This document shows positions 33,519 through 48,500 of a DNA stretch of 64,000 nucleotides, in pieces. The stretch is from the NCBI GenBank assembly GCA_047495785.1, contig JBLDXI010000002.1, forward strand, positions 2,232,001 through 2,296,000, read 5' to 3'. The notes beneath the pieces are model-generated. The model did not search any database and was not told the origin of the DNA. It saw nothing but the letters and a program-made list of their open reading frames with translations. Source of the stretch: Lepidodermella squamata. Its lineage: Eukaryota; Animalia; Gastrotricha. Position 1 is the stretch's first letter, and each line of letters starts with the position of its first letter. The position numbers and the translations under genes were made by a program.

Positions 33519-36500
33519 TTAGTATTGAGTGGAACTGTCCGCAAGATTAGATTCAGATCGCGTCGATACCGGCTGCGACTTGTTGGCGATTATCGGCGTG
33601 ATCAAACTACGCCGCAGCAAGGTTGACACCAAATTACCCGGCCACGACTGCAGCGATTTGTGCGACGTCAACGGCGCTGTCGTTGAACTTTTAATACAAA
33701 GCCGCCGCGCAGTGATGAGCAGCCACGTCGGAATGCGCCGCTGCGACTGCGAATCAGCCGCCCAGTCCGCGTCCAATGTCGCGAATAACACCGCTTTCGC
33801 CGCCTCGGGCGAATTATCCTCCTGTTTATGAGCCGGCTTAATGACTTTCGGAGGCTGCGGTAACACTATGGGCGTTACAACCGAGACGGACATGCGTTTA
33901 CTCCGCCTACGCGCATTAGCCGATGGCTCGCAGTTGATTATCTGCTTTTTCGAGTATTTAACGAATTGGTTCAATTTAGTGCGGCTATGCCCGATTGAAA
34001 TTTGATCGACATTCAGCAGGAGAATGGCCCATTTGAAGTTATGGCCGTGTTTTTCCAGAGTCTGCTCGACAAGTTGCGGCGCCGACCCGCCGACGCAGGT
34101 GATGTGTTCGAAGGGGTGAATGCTGGAAACGAAGGCGTTAGATGGTGTTAAGGCGGACGTTTCGCGGCGTTCACGCGTTGTTTTCGACGCAAGCCAACAC
34201 AGCGCATCAAAGGCCTGTAACGAATTTTCGGATTCAAGCACGAGAAATGCGGAGGATAATTTCGGCGATGGCGCGTAGTCTGCTGCCTGGAATAAATACG
34301 GGCCGTAATCAGCCGCGACCAGGCTATCGATGACATTCGCAGCCTGTTCTGGGACAACAATCGACCACAACAGGCACCGATCGGCCGGTTCGAGGGCTAG
34401 CATTGACGCGTCGACGGTCGTGAAAATCGAGGCGGCTGCTTCTCCGGAGAAATATTCGCGCCACAGGTGGAGCGAATTATCGTCAGCGCAGATTGATTCG
34501 AAAACATTGGCGAATTGGGGTAGAATTTTCGCGACGGCTGATAATAAGGCGAAACTGGATGGGTTCATCCAGGAACTCGAAACCGTAGCGTCATTTGATG
34601 AGCTATTAAACAGCTTCTCAGTGAATCCGAACAAAATTCGATATCTAAAAAAATTGAAAAATTTGAAATTAAAAAAAATATTTCAAAAAGTTCCACCTTA
34701 AAATTTTAAAAATTAAATTTTTTTTAGTTTTATGAAAATGAGTTTTTTCAATGATTATTGTACCTGGCTAGTTCGGGCGTAAACGGGTACAGATGATCAA
34801 ATGCGCTCCGTTTTTTGCGACTCGTTAGCCATGATTCCGGCATGGTCGTTCGGCAATGCATGCAGCTCAGAGTTTGCCTCAACAAATTGTCCGGCAAAGC
34901 GCTGTGAAGTAGGCCCATCATGCGGCACATGACCTGCCGGTAGATGCGCATGGACAGCAGCTTCAGCTGAGCAGTTGGGGTTCGGTTATCAGGCATGACC
35001 AAATCGGTGAGGGCCGAGTTGATAGCGTCGAAGAAGAGCGCCGTTGGCACGTGAACGACCGGGCTCAGGGTGGCCGAGTCGCAAATTGCGCGGTAGAAAT
35101 GGGTCAACTGGCGCGCGGCGTCGTTGAAAGGCCCCTCGAGAACGTTGACCAGGTGCGTCTGCCGATGAATGCCGAAGTAAGACATCGACTCAGCGTATCG
35201 ATCGATTTCGTCCAGGGCGAGGCGAACCGCGTCTAAAACGGTCGAGTCTGCTAGCAAATTTTCGGGGGCGTTCATAACCCGAGTACAAGTTTCGAACTAA
35301 AATAATTCGCAAAATTACACTAATTTTTTATATTTAAATTGATTAATTACTCGAATATTTCGCAAATTAAGGGCTTGCACGACCAGTTCGCGGGAATTTG
35401 TGTCTCGACTGCTGACAAGTTCCGGCCTCGGGGCGCTGACCATAAGATCGCGAACTGTGCCGAAAATGTCGAATCTCGGATTTAGGGTGATCATGCAAAA
35501 TCTGTCCAGATTAAACAGTGAATCCCAGTGAACTAAATAGAAGTCAATTAAAGCCGCACAACTGATTTTCAAAAATTACCTAAAAGATGATAGGGTAGCT
35601 CAGTTTGGAAGACAAACATCAGATTCCCACATCTTTTATTAAGGCGGTTGGTGTACGTCAAAATTTGCTCCAGTTGCATCGCATCCGACCCGTCCAGCGC
35701 GTTTTCGAGATCAGTCATCAGAACCACGATCGGAGTGGATGAGTAATTTTTCGCGGCTTCAATCGCGTTTTGAATAGAAAATTTGCTGTGGTCCAGGGCC
35801 GAGATTTCAATGACCCTCGCTGGCATCGAGCTATGCCACGGCAGAATGCTGGCAGACCAAGTATTTACCAGGTCACGTGCCAGCTCTGACGGGCCCAGCA
35901 ACATCGGCCAATTCGTGGCTGAATGCCGCAGACAAATATCGAGCGTGAGAACAAGTCTGACTTCGGTATCTGAAAGCTGTAAATCGCCGAATAAATTGTT
36001 CATCTCCATCTCGGTTAGCAAAAATGTCTCGATCGACGATTTGAATTGGCAATCGGGTGGCTTTTCCCCTGGCGCCAACCCAGCCGACCGCAGGCGGCTT
36101 CGATCTACAACGCAATTCTGCCAGTCGTAGACAAATTTTTCAGGCTCCTGTCGTAATTGAGCTCGTTTAGCTAGATTTTCCAGAAATTCGCTCGTTTCTC
36201 GGAAGCCTAATAGGCCGCCGAATTGAACAGCAGCGGCTGTTAACATAGCTTCGACTGATGTGTATTCAGCGGCTGATTTTAAATTATCGACTATATTGAA
36301 CTCGACATCGGATCGAAATTTGATGAGAACGCCGACAATCTCACGAGTTCGCAATAAATCTCTTTCAAGATCCTGAAAAATCGAAAAATCGCATTATTAA
36401 TATTGGAAAAATAATTAATTAAAGAATAATGCAAATAATTGCGCTAATTAAATTAAAAAATGCGCATAAATTAAAATTAAGGTGGAATAAATAAAATATA

Positions 36501-39500
36501 TAAAATTCGGAATTAATTAACAACTTTACCGGATTATTAGCCTGAGAATATTTAATTAGGTCACAAATAAATTTGAATAGAAGTCAGTAAATAAAGTCAT
36601 ACCCTAATTTGTTGCTCAAGCATTTTGGCCATTCGTTTAAGGTGTTTAGCTCTCGCGATTTCAGCATTTAAGGCAGCTCGGACATTATTAGCCGCAACTC
36701 GTCGCCTGCCGAGGAGTCGCTGAGCTTGTTCTGAATCCAACGAAGCTTTCCGCCGGTCAGCTATCAGCGGTTGTAATTGCCGGAAAACCGATGCGTATTT
36801 GTAGACTGACAGTATCCACGCTGTGATTGACCGAGCTGCTTTACTGACGATTTCGGCGATAGGTGGCGTGAAATCCGGGGCATTGACGTAGTTGCCGAGT
36901 CGGTCGAACATTTCGTCGGGAATATCGTTTTTCGGGTAAAATTCGAGCATTTCGAAAAAGTTGACACTTATCAACAGAAGCTTTCCACTCTCCCATCTGA
37001 AAGAAAAAATTTGGAATATTAGAAATTCGAAAAATGACCATATTAAAAGTGCTGATATGAAATTCGAAAAGTAATTAAAAAGCTGTATTATTCCAATTTC
37101 CAGTGGCTCTTGAGATTTTCCAAGGTTAGGCATCGTGGAACATCTGTCACTCTGCCTCACAAATTTTGGCGCGAAACCCACACCCTTACTTATGTTGTTG
37201 TTGTAGATAGAAACATTTCTTTTTAAATATACGAGAAATTCATTAGGTATAGCATCGAATTGACAAGATGCAAGTGCTAGAGGAAACTGACGATGGGCTC
37301 TTGTACAAAATTATGGACAAACGGCATAGAGATGCGGCATTAATAGCCATTTCCAGAGCATTTTGCTCTGAACCAAACGCCGCGGCTGCTGGAGAGGCGG
37401 ATCCCAAAATGAAAGCTAAAGTACACGACTGGGTCGAATACTTCGACCCTTGGATGGATTATTATTCGTCAAACGAGCTGAGTCTAGTGGTGCTTGACCC
37501 CCAAAATTACTATCGCTTAGCTGGCGTTGTGGCTGTTCGGGATTACACCTTTTCTCCGCCTGAATTCGATCATTTGTTCGACTCGAGTAACTCAACGAAA
37601 CCATTGGCCCCGTTCGAAAAATTAATGGAAGCGCTCGAAAGCGAGGCTGAAAAGAAATTCGATACCATGCGAGAAGCTCATAATTCCAACTTGAAAGGAA
37701 TTTTTGCGGACTTCTTCATTTTTGGCACAGATCCTGATTATCGCGGTAGAGGCGTACTAAACAAGTCGATCAAAAAGGTTCTACCGATTTTAAAATCAGC
37801 TGGTTTTAAATACGCAACAATCGGAGCATCAAGCGAGTTTTCTTCAAAAGCGGCCAAATCGTGTAATTTCGACGAGATTGCTTCAATCAACGCAAGGCAG
37901 CTGCTTTGGAGAAATGAAACAATTTTCGAAAAAGTCAAAGAGCCACATGGAATTTGTCGATTTTGGATAAAGGAAATAAAATAACCGATTTTTTTTCATT
38001 TTTATTCGTAAAATAAAACTCACTTTTCGGGTCGGTTGAACAAAACGCACAAAGCGTTGACAATATTGACAATATATTGAGGCGGATCGCGGTATGATCT
38101 AAACTCCTCAACATCCGCCTTATTCAGGTTCTGCAGAGCCGCAACAGCCGCGTCGTATTGCGGGCTGATGATAGCCATTTTCTTGTCCAGCTTATCCTGA
38201 GATTCGTCCTCAATTTTCTTCAACCTGAAAACTTCTTCCTCAGCTTCACGGCACAGCTTTTCAGCCTGGATCAAGTCCTCGCGCAATTTTTCAGCCAGCG
38301 CTTTTGAATTGTGAAAATCATTCCACGCCTTTTCGATCTGAGCTTTCACGCCAGTCATATCAGCCGTCATAGTTTCAGCCACGTGAACGCCGACACGAAG
38401 CCGTTCGAGGGCGGTCTCGTAAAATTTCAACGTTTCCAAATTTTTCGTCCGCATTTCAGCGTACAAGCTCTGGAAAATGTGGACGAAAGACGCAAAACTG
38501 AGGCGAGAAAACGTCCGCTCGAATGCGTTAGACGGCAAAAGCGGCAACTTCGCGGCTAAGAATTCAATAGCTGTCTCGTAGCATTCGACCAAAAACGGCG
38601 GGGTGACTGTGATTGAGGCGACGAGGCTTTCAGGAATTTCATTGGCGGCCATTACGCAATCGACAACTTGCGGCAGACAGTTCGGATCGAGTTGAGAATT
38701 TAACACGTATAAACGGTGTTGGAGTGGTCGGAATAAATTGGCAATATCGGCGTAATATGTGCTGACATTCTCTGCAGCAACTGAAAAATTAGAAAAAAAA
38801 TTAAAATTTTCGAAAATTAACAATAAACTACAAAATATTATTGAACTAAGAATTCACAGCAAATTGAAATAAATGGTTATGAAACCCTCTAACAAAGTTC
38901 ACTCATTACCCTGTAGCTTGTGGCAATCTGAGAGGAAAATGTATCGATTCAAATTTTTTACTAAAAATTCTAATTTTTTCTCAGGTTAAGGCAGATTCCT
39001 TACCTAGAGGCGTTAGACAGAAGACAAATCGGACGTTTTCACGAATTCTCCGATCCAGCCAGTCAACGTTATCTGTAGCTGGGTCGACATGATGAGTCAG
39101 CGAAACAATTTGGTCCCAATCACCCAGAATGCCACTCGTCGATGGGCACATTGCAACAGCGATAGCCAGCTTAAAAATTTCCGCGTCAGACGAGTGTGAC
39201 AATCGTATGACAAATTCGCGCCGCGTCGTTGCCGCGGTCTGGCAAACCGACTTCAACTGCGCCATGGCGTTAGGTAGAGCGATGGATAAATCGACGAATT
39301 CAAAGTTCAAGGCGGCTGAAGCCAACATAACAAGCGGCCGCCAGCCGGGTGCTTGGCGCTGATTGGTTGATGATAGAAGTAACAGCCTTGCATTAGGTCG
39401 ACTTATTATCATCATCAAACGCTCAAGGGTGACTGAAACGTCGTCCGATAATTGGATGAACAGTCGCTCTTGTAATTTTTCCTCCTTTTCGAGCTGCCTT

Positions 39501-42500
39501 AACAAAATATTCAACCGCTTTTTCAACTCAGAATGCGATATAACTCGGTCGCTGTTTTTATCCAGATTTTTCGAGGCTGTTTGGTTCGGCTCAGGGAGTC
39601 GAATATTCGCGAAAAGGAACGAGAGGAACGGCGGTTCTTGAAGGCCGTTCGAAACAACGTGTTCCTCAATTTCAGCATCGGCGGTTAAATTCACGTCATC
39701 AAACGCGTTTGTCGTAGATTTTTCCTTAGAAATCAAACCCGGCCAATGGGATAGCCGGGTTAGGATGCTTTGATTAACGACCTCGGTGAACCAGTCGCTC
39801 GTTTGGGTGACGTAACGCTGGCCGAAGCAAACGACAAGTTCATTCCGCCATAAATGGACAATCGACCGGCGAACGCAGGCGCATCGGTAGTGATCGCTGC
39901 AATCGTTGCTATGAACCGGCTTAGACGACAAGGCTCTGGCCGGGTAGGCGAGAAGGCGGTTGAAAAACATTGATAAATTCGCTGGGGTGAACGAAAACGG
40001 GCTCGGCTGCTGGGAGGCGGCAGTTCGTTGCCGAATTAAATCGAAAATTTCAGCGGTTGATTGGAGTAACAACTCGATTAATTGGCGAACTTTCGGCGCC
40101 TCAACCGCGTACCGCCCAGTGATAGCCGACATGCCCCACTGGATGGTCGGTGAAGCGTAACGCTCGCTTAAAATCGAGGTAGCCGGCGGGGTCGGTAACG
40201 CGATCGGGACAAAATGTCGTAGCAACTCGAACGGCATCGATCTACTCATCGCCGAGTTCCATAGCAGCATCAATTTCGCGAAATTTCGCGGCGAATCTTG
40301 AACACCTGGTAGCCGGTAAGAACTAGCGGCGATGTTGCGTAGCGACCGCACGACCTGCGGCTCATCCGACTCGCCTATCGCGCATAAATCATCGACGGCA
40401 AAGACGAATCGGCGATTTTTGTACGCGGATTTCATTGTTATCAACTTTTCAATGCCGTTCAACATGTGGGAAACAGCGATTCTAGGCGCGATTTTGTAGA
40501 TTTTTAAGATGATATTCGGGTTAGCCGAGGCTAGGCTATGCAGCGACTGGCGAATCGATAGGCCGGGTTCGAATGTGAGTAGTATATTTCCCGCGCATTT
40601 TCCGGCCTCGAGGAAGTCGAGAAGCCAGTAGAACGGCTGGTGGCTCGAATGAACGGTACAACGGGCCAGTCTCGTAAAAACATCCTCGGCAGTCGTGTGG
40701 TTACTAACAGGGTTGAAAATCAGGGGGAAATCCATCGGGTAGGCGCATGACCCAGGGCTCGGAAACGGGGTCAGCCCCACAAAACCATCGGCCCCCATTC
40801 GAAGCGTCAACACATTTAACTGGCTCGACTGAATTCCGTCGGGTAATGCCGAGGAAAATGTAGTTGACTGAAGTTTTCGTAGGGTGAATTCGGCTAATTT
40901 TGGCACGTCTTTGCTTTGAATGCTCTGGAGGAATGTGTGGACAATCGAAAAAACGAGGCACGCTTTGATCCTATCGCGATACCCAGGCAGCAACTGCTCG
41001 AATTTATCGCCTTCAATCGGGCAAATATCGCCGAATTTCGCGAACTGATCCACGAAATTTTCTTTCGGGATTAAATAATCGAAGCAGGTTGATAGGTAGG
41101 TCAAGAAATTCGACGCCTCATGCAGCCGGTAAGACACCGGCTTCGAGCCAGGCGCCGTCCAAGTTTTCGTGCAATGATGGGCTGAAAATTCGGAAATTCC
41201 CTCGAAAATCTCGGCGATATGCATGAACATCCACTCGAGTTCAGCGTCATTAATCAGCCAGCGACTGCTAGCCATATGACGCCAGGGTGTTAATAAGGCC
41301 GTCCAATTAGGCTGGGTGCAATTAATAACGATCAGCGACCCTAACGAGCCAGGGGACATTTGCTCGACAACCGGTTGGGACAGCTCGGCAATCAACCTCA
41401 CGCCCCCTCCCGCTCGCATTTGCAGCCTATCATCGCACCACGCCCGTAAAAATGGTTCAATATCCCCAGATGGGTACATTGCGTCCAGCTTAACCCAAAT
41501 TTGCTGTTGGTTAAGAATTCGTGGGAAACGCTGCCGGATTTCTCGAGCCAGCGTTGTCCCATCTTCCTCGGTGCAGCAGTCGAAAATCGATACAACAGAC
41601 TGGACCCCGGGGGCATAAGCGATGGTATCATCAAATGAACCGGCCGAGTCGGGGGTGACTGCAAATTTTTCATCAGTTGACACAGAATTCGGCGACCTCA
41701 ACGACTCGAGTGTTGTATACAACCCTCCAGCGAGAATTTGCTTCAATTTTTGAATCCTGGTGAAAAGGGTTTGCTCTTCGTTAGGAATAGACACGTCTTG
41801 CAGGACTCGAATGGTTTGTTTTGCTAGGCCAATCGGGTTTCGCATGCCCCAGGGCAGGCCCTTGCCGGGTTTCGCCTGGGTTGAATCGAGGCTAGCAACC
41901 TCCTTCCGCGTGTTCTCAACAACTGCGTTAACAACGGCGGCTAAAACCTGAATTAAGGTGGTTTTGCCAGACCCAGGCGATCCGGTGATAATCACCGGGT
42001 CGTAAGACTGTTTCGAAGCGGAATTTAAGGCTGCGTGAAGTTGGAGAATTTTGGCGATTTGTGAAATCTGGCACTCGAGATGTAGATGTTTCAACGCAGC
42101 TTCGACCTGGTCGACTAAGAACGGGTCGAACCCAAACGCCCCATTCGATGCTGAACCCGTAAAAACGTCTTTGATGATCTCCTTATAAGCCTCTTCATTA
42201 GCTTCACTGCCGAGTCGGCTTGATAAGAGGACGTGAACTGCGCGTAAAACGCAGAGTTCTTCCAAAGCCGCGTCAGTACTCACATCGGCTAATTTCAATT
42301 CATGAAGTCTGCGATTAGCTGAGATTGAAGAGACGATACTAGCGAATCGCCAGCTGTAAAGCAGGCCTCTAGACTCAAACTCTGGCAGTACAGCAGCTAA
42401 GCGTTGAATCACCGCCGCAGTTTTCCGACTCAGATCTTCGGCATTTGTGAACCCAGCCGAGGTCAGATTAACCGCCAAAACTTGTTGCATGTTAATTGCT

Positions 42501-45500
42501 AGGGTTGAGCCGGGTAGAACCAGTTGCCGAAGTGATAATCGAAGCCCGGACGTCACTGGTTTCGAAAACGTACAGAAAATTAAAGGCTGAGGTACGACAT
42601 TGATCGTAGAAGCGAGTAACAATCCATCGAAGTCTATCACCTCATCCGTATCTTGTATAACTGAATCAGCCTCACTCTCCGCGACGATGGAGAGGCGATC
42701 TCTTAAGGAGGCTGAAATCACCTCGGGCCTCAGTAACGAGTTCGATTTTTCACCCAAAAAAGATGGCGGGTTCAATAAATTCGCATTAGCCGAGGCTCGC
42801 CTAGACCTGGAGGGCGAGTTTGATCGGGCCGATTTTCGACCTGACCTAGGCCGGCTGACTGGCAATGGGGTCAACTCAGCCTTCGAAGCCGCTGAGAACA
42901 AATTTGAAATCGATAAGCGAAGATTTGTTAGCAGCGACGATAATTGGCCGTACAACGTGGCTGGTAATGAGTCGACCTCTCGAAACACAACCAACGACCC
43001 TAGGGTGACACTTGTCGCCAAAACGCTTCTAATGCTGTCGTACGTTTTCGGTACGGCACAATCAACGCTGTAAAAAGGCCGACCAGCTAAATTTGCCAAC
43101 GTTCGAATCGAATGAGTCCGGCCTGAAAATAGTTTCCCATCTATCATCGAAAATTGAGTCACATAGCTGGTTTGGACCAGGGTGACTGATAACGCCCTGG
43201 CAAGTTCCGGCGTCAAAAGGGCGGTTGATGACCAGCATTCCGCGCAGATCGGTTCGCATAGATACGGAATAGCCGGGGAAATCCCGCCAGTTTCCAGACT
43301 GATATCCGATATACAGATTTCGCCCTTTTTAACCGGCGTTTTTGCCGTGACTTTGCACGAATGGTACAACCCGGTAAATTCACCCAGGTTCTGGCTGGTC
43401 GACACGAAATCACGCTGGTAAATCAGCTGAGCCATCAAATTTTTCGCCTTTGTAAACTCGGCAGTTTGGCATCGAGTGTCGTTCAAAAACTGCCTGGCGT
43501 AATGATCGATTTCGAGCAAAATGTCTTTCGCTAGATTTCTCGAGCCCGATAACGGCCGGTTGCTTTTACCGGCGAATTTTCGCCCGAAACGCGTCGATTG
43601 CGCGATGGTCAAGCTTTGCGACGAATGCTCAGCGAGAAAATCTTTCGAGAAAAAGCCATTCGACTGCGATTTTTCCAACTCAACGACCGAATTTGAAATA
43701 TCTAGCATGACAGATTTATGAATTTCCTCCTCAATAGTCGCCATCAGAATGTCCGGGCTTGGCGAAACCGGGATGACATTGATGAAGCGGAGTTTCTCGC
43801 CGAAACAAAGCAAAAGTCCGTCGATTAGCGGAACGCTGGTGAATGAAGCGTTCGCATTTTCGTCATCGCTAACAATAAGAAGCCCGGTGACGTGTGGGAA
43901 ACATTTCGCTAGAAACGAGCCAACAATTTTCAGACCAGACGTACTGCCCCCGGCTTGGATATACGCGGTTAACATGACGATTTCCCAGTTCGATAGAGCG
44001 AATAGCCGATTCGATTTAACGCGGAGGAAATCGAAATATTTCCCGAAGTGATCGATAATTACGGTATTAATTTGATCAAAAAGCCGTCGAAACGAGTTAA
44101 CAACAGATTTTTGGTCATCAGCACTCCATGAGAGGAAACGAGGTTTATCGACTATTTTATTGACAATCTTCTGCCATTCGCCAACCGCTGATCGAGTCAT
44201 TTCAGCTAAATCTTCTTCGATGAACAAATTTCGCGTCGCCACATCGACCGAAGCGAGGAAGAACTGGCAAATGAATTGTAAACGCTCAGCCAGCGACATG
44301 AATTCGCTGAAATAGTCCAATTTTTGCATCAAAGGCTGAGCTTTTGCGATACGAATCGTGTCATCGAATGCCAGAACGTTAGAAACGATACTCTGAATTT
44401 CAGCCCGGGATTTTTCGACGGTTAGCCGGAAGCTCTCGAATTCGGCTAGGACATTGAAATCGAGAAATCTAGCGCCGGTACTTTGAACGCGGGCGGCTGA
44501 TGAGGATCGACGTGAGCCCGAGGATTTCCCGCTTCGAAGGGCTGATCTTAGGACTGATGAGCCGATTACGCAGGTCGAGACTTGAATACCGTATTCGTTC
44601 CAGAAATTCGATAAATGGTCGAGTTTTTTGCTCGCAGCGGCTTCAGCCAAAGCCTCGCTGTGAATGGCTTCAAGGCAAAGATTGATCGAATTATCAGCCG
44701 ATGATTCACCCGCTGCGATCCATAACGGCTCCCAGTCAGCTAAGGAATACTCGTCGCAACGCCAGTCGAAGCTCAGCGATAACCGGCCGTACAAACGGCG
44801 GAGAAATTTTTCGGTCATTAGCGGGGTTTGAAGCTTTGCGGCGAAGACCAGTAACCGGCGGCATCTATCCAGGCTTTCGATAAAACGCCGCAAAACTGTG
44901 TCGTCTTGATTCGGCAGTTGTTCCTCGATTTGCAGCGCAACAATATTCCATCCATTAAGCTTATCCTCGATAAGAACCAATGGCAACTGAAATACGGTAA
45001 ATTAAAAAAAATTGAATTTTTTCAAAAAATGATAACTTTTTTGATTGGCAATCGTATCCAATCTTCAATAAGGATTTCGGCTTGGAAGAGGTAGTGCCAC
45101 AATTCCCTGCGGACTTCAATCGCCTTCCTCCAGTCGACGAAGCAAGTCCGTTCAGTGTCTACTGGTGTTACTTTTTCCTCGATGGGTCCGGTTGATTCAG
45201 CGTTCCTCTCGGTAGTCGAAGCGGTGGATGGAGCCATGTTACTTAGGCCCTCTTCGGACATTGAATCGTGGAAAAACCACAACTCTTCAGTCTGGCAGTA
45301 AAACGCGTCGTAGTCTTTGATCATTTGCGCCAGTTTTTCGATCGAATTCTGAGCTTCGGACTCCGCCTCTAAAAATTCGCCCGAAGTAGCCGCTAAGAAT
45401 ATTCGATAGCACGCGTCCCTCAATTCCTATGAAAAATTCCTATATAAATATTAGCCGCCAATATTTTTCAAAAACTTACGTCCAATTTGCTTTTCACAGT

Positions 45501-48500
45501 CGTTAGGGTTAGATCAGTTTGTTTCGCAACGATTGGCACGCAATCCTGGAGTCGTTTGACGAACTTCTCGAAGGCTTGGACGGCACCCATTTCAAGTGCG
45601 GCGTCATCGCTGGATCCCGCAGCTCCAATCGTCCTTAACAGCGACATGTCAGCTCTCAGTCGAATGAGTTGAGCATCGAAATCTGCTTTTGATTTCCGGC
45701 ATTCGGCCACTTTTGCTGAAAAGTGGGCAAACAACGCCAATTGTTTGTCAGTCGAGCCCGATGGCACAACAGGTGGGTTATCGAGGATATTCGTCAAAGT
45801 AACCAGGGTATTTGTCAGACGGGCCAGCTTAAAGAAATTGGTTTAATAATTGGATCCCATTTTTACAAAATAATTCTACCTGTGAGAGCGTAGTCCCCTT
45901 GAACGTTTCTGTGAAAGACGAGTAAATTTGATCTAACCTCGCAATGGTATCGGCTGCCAGTTTTTCACACGAGACAAATAGCATTCTGTTCTCATTTCCG
46001 GCCGTGAATGAAGTCTCCACCCCGGAGACCTTTTCTCGATATTGATTGATTTCCTTGAAAGCTTCCTAAAAGTTAAAATACTTATGAAAATAAAATGAAA
46101 AATCAAGCATGAGCGAACCTCAATTTCTTTAGTAGAAAGAGTTAGCATTTTCTTGAATTTCTCCGGCGTCCAACTGTCGCAGAAAGTGTAGACAGCAGCC
46201 AGCCATTGATGTTGATCAACAAATCGGTTCACCTCTGCGAAGGAAGTCCGAATTGCTTTCGAAAACTGCGTGAAAGTCTCATCGAAAACAGAGCTTTATA
46301 AAATAAACAAAATTCGCACGGGTCTTATCATCAGGTGAATTAGCTAACTTTTGCATGATTTGGTACATGATCTCTTGGCCCCGCAACGTAGCCATCGACG
46401 AGGAGGGAATCCAGTCAGGGCATATGCGCAGTATTTCTTTCTGCATATTTACCATCATTTCGACGAAAAGCGGTTCTGTGTCATCTTTGACCCTTGGGTC
46501 GATCGGCACGAGGCAGGGGTAATGCGGCGCTCCGCCAAAGTCGCTCGGGAAATACGTGAGTTTCACGCCATCTGGAAATGTTGATAGCAACTGGAAGCCT
46601 TGAATCAGATGTTGGGTTGAGAAATGGAAAGGTTCCGCGCACTCATCGAATGCTTTTCCAACAAAATGCATCAAATTCGATACAGTGGTTAAAACCTCTT
46701 CCTCGGTTGGCGATGATATTAATCTCTCTATTAAAATAATATCACATAATTTCTGAATTTAATCATTGAGTCCAAGGCTCTTACGAGCTGAAATGTCGCT
46801 TGAGATTTCACAGAGGAATAGCCCACTGCTTGTTGACCGATCTTTTGCAGCAGCAGTAGTAACAGCATCGTTGTGAGATGAGCTATTTACCACTGATGCT
46901 TCAATAGAAACTGAATCATCTTCCGGCTCTTCCTGCGAACCCTGGGGGCTTCTCGTGAGTAAAAGACGCCTATCTTCGTGGTGGTGGTGTTCGTGTTCAT
47001 GGGCAATGTGCTTTTTTGGCCGGAAGAGCGCCAAGTTTAGAAAATTCACGACGTCGTCACGGATGAAAGAATACATTTGTCCAGCAATCACGTTGTCCAG
47101 CAAAGTAGCAACACTGACGATTCTGTAATACTCATACCAACACTTTGCAAGCCTGAAAGAATGTAAATCTGTTATCACGAGCCAAAGATGCCAAGCAGCG
47201 TTCGTCTTACTTTCCACGATATGACTCGAGGCGGACTCGACGAATGTGGAGAGACTCTTTTCCTGACTGGTAGTGCTGTATTCGTAGCAGCTCTGTCTGC
47301 GCAGACATCAGCTGATTGCACAGCTCTATTCGCAGCATATTCAATGCTTCTCCAAATCGCCTGACAAAAAATTGAAATTTTTAAAAGGGTATTCAAAAAT
47401 AAGCGAACCAGAGTGAAAATAATGCATAATATGTGACATTACATGCGTCCTGATATTCAAAAATCAAGGATCAAACCAACCATTAACAATGTATTCTTCA
47501 AAAATTCAAAGCCTTGATTAAACTCCCATCGTATATCATATTATTGGCATCTAAAATCTGTATGACTTACTGGTACAGCTGTTTTCCAGCGTAGCGAATT
47601 GTATCCACGGACTTTGTCACTCGAGATATCAGATTTTCAATTTTAAGCGGTTTGTCAGTGGCAGCATGGTCCATGAAAATGCCATCAATAACTTTCAGGA
47701 AATCACAGAAAAGTCGCTGGCAATGAAGCAATACCAAGGTGTATGGTGGTGTGCAGTATGAAAGACGGAGCGCAACATTCATTTTCGATCGAACGAATTT
47801 TAAGCGAGAAACATTATGCCTCCATCTAAGCAATACAAAATTTCGAGTGAATCAGCGTGAAAATACAACGCAAAACCTAACGCTTACCGCAAAAATGACT
47901 TTCTCAAATAGTAATGCTTGAAGAATGGAATTTTAGTTAGGATCTCCCATAGCGCAGCTTCTTTTTCCCAATCTAAGAGATCTAGCCTTTCCGCAGGTCT
48001 GTCAGCAAAAACCTGGAGGACTCCAAATGTAGAAAACAGGAAATGAGTAGCCGCAATCTGCAATGAACAATTATAGAAAAGAAAACATCGTTCAGCAACC
48101 TACGTCATCTTTCCGTACAGAAATGATATCGTAGGGGCGAAATTGATCATTTCGTGCATAATTGAAGTACGCGCAAGCTGGCTTCCTTAAATGGCGGCAT
48201 TTCATGAAATAGACCACTGCTTCACGGCCAGTTAAAGGCGCATCTTCGATGTCCTAAAATTAAGCAAGTTATTCAGGATGAAAGTTTGGCAACAATTCAA
48301 CTAACGAAGTTTGATCCCACGTCAAAGTTGAGATCCAAAGACGATGGCGTAGATGGTATTGGCGATGGTTCTTTGATCTCTTCCTGATAACAATAAGCGG
48401 ATTGAACGTAACAGCTTATCAGCATAAACTCACGGGCGCAACAAAGAAATCAGTGTCGAGAGCATTTTGAAAAAATTCGATGGCATCGGATCCTTGAATG

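Noticed and set aside
39129-44883. Plus-strand ORFs over the dynein motor exon
   Set aside because: Antisense shadows of a long, relatively GC-rich coding exon.
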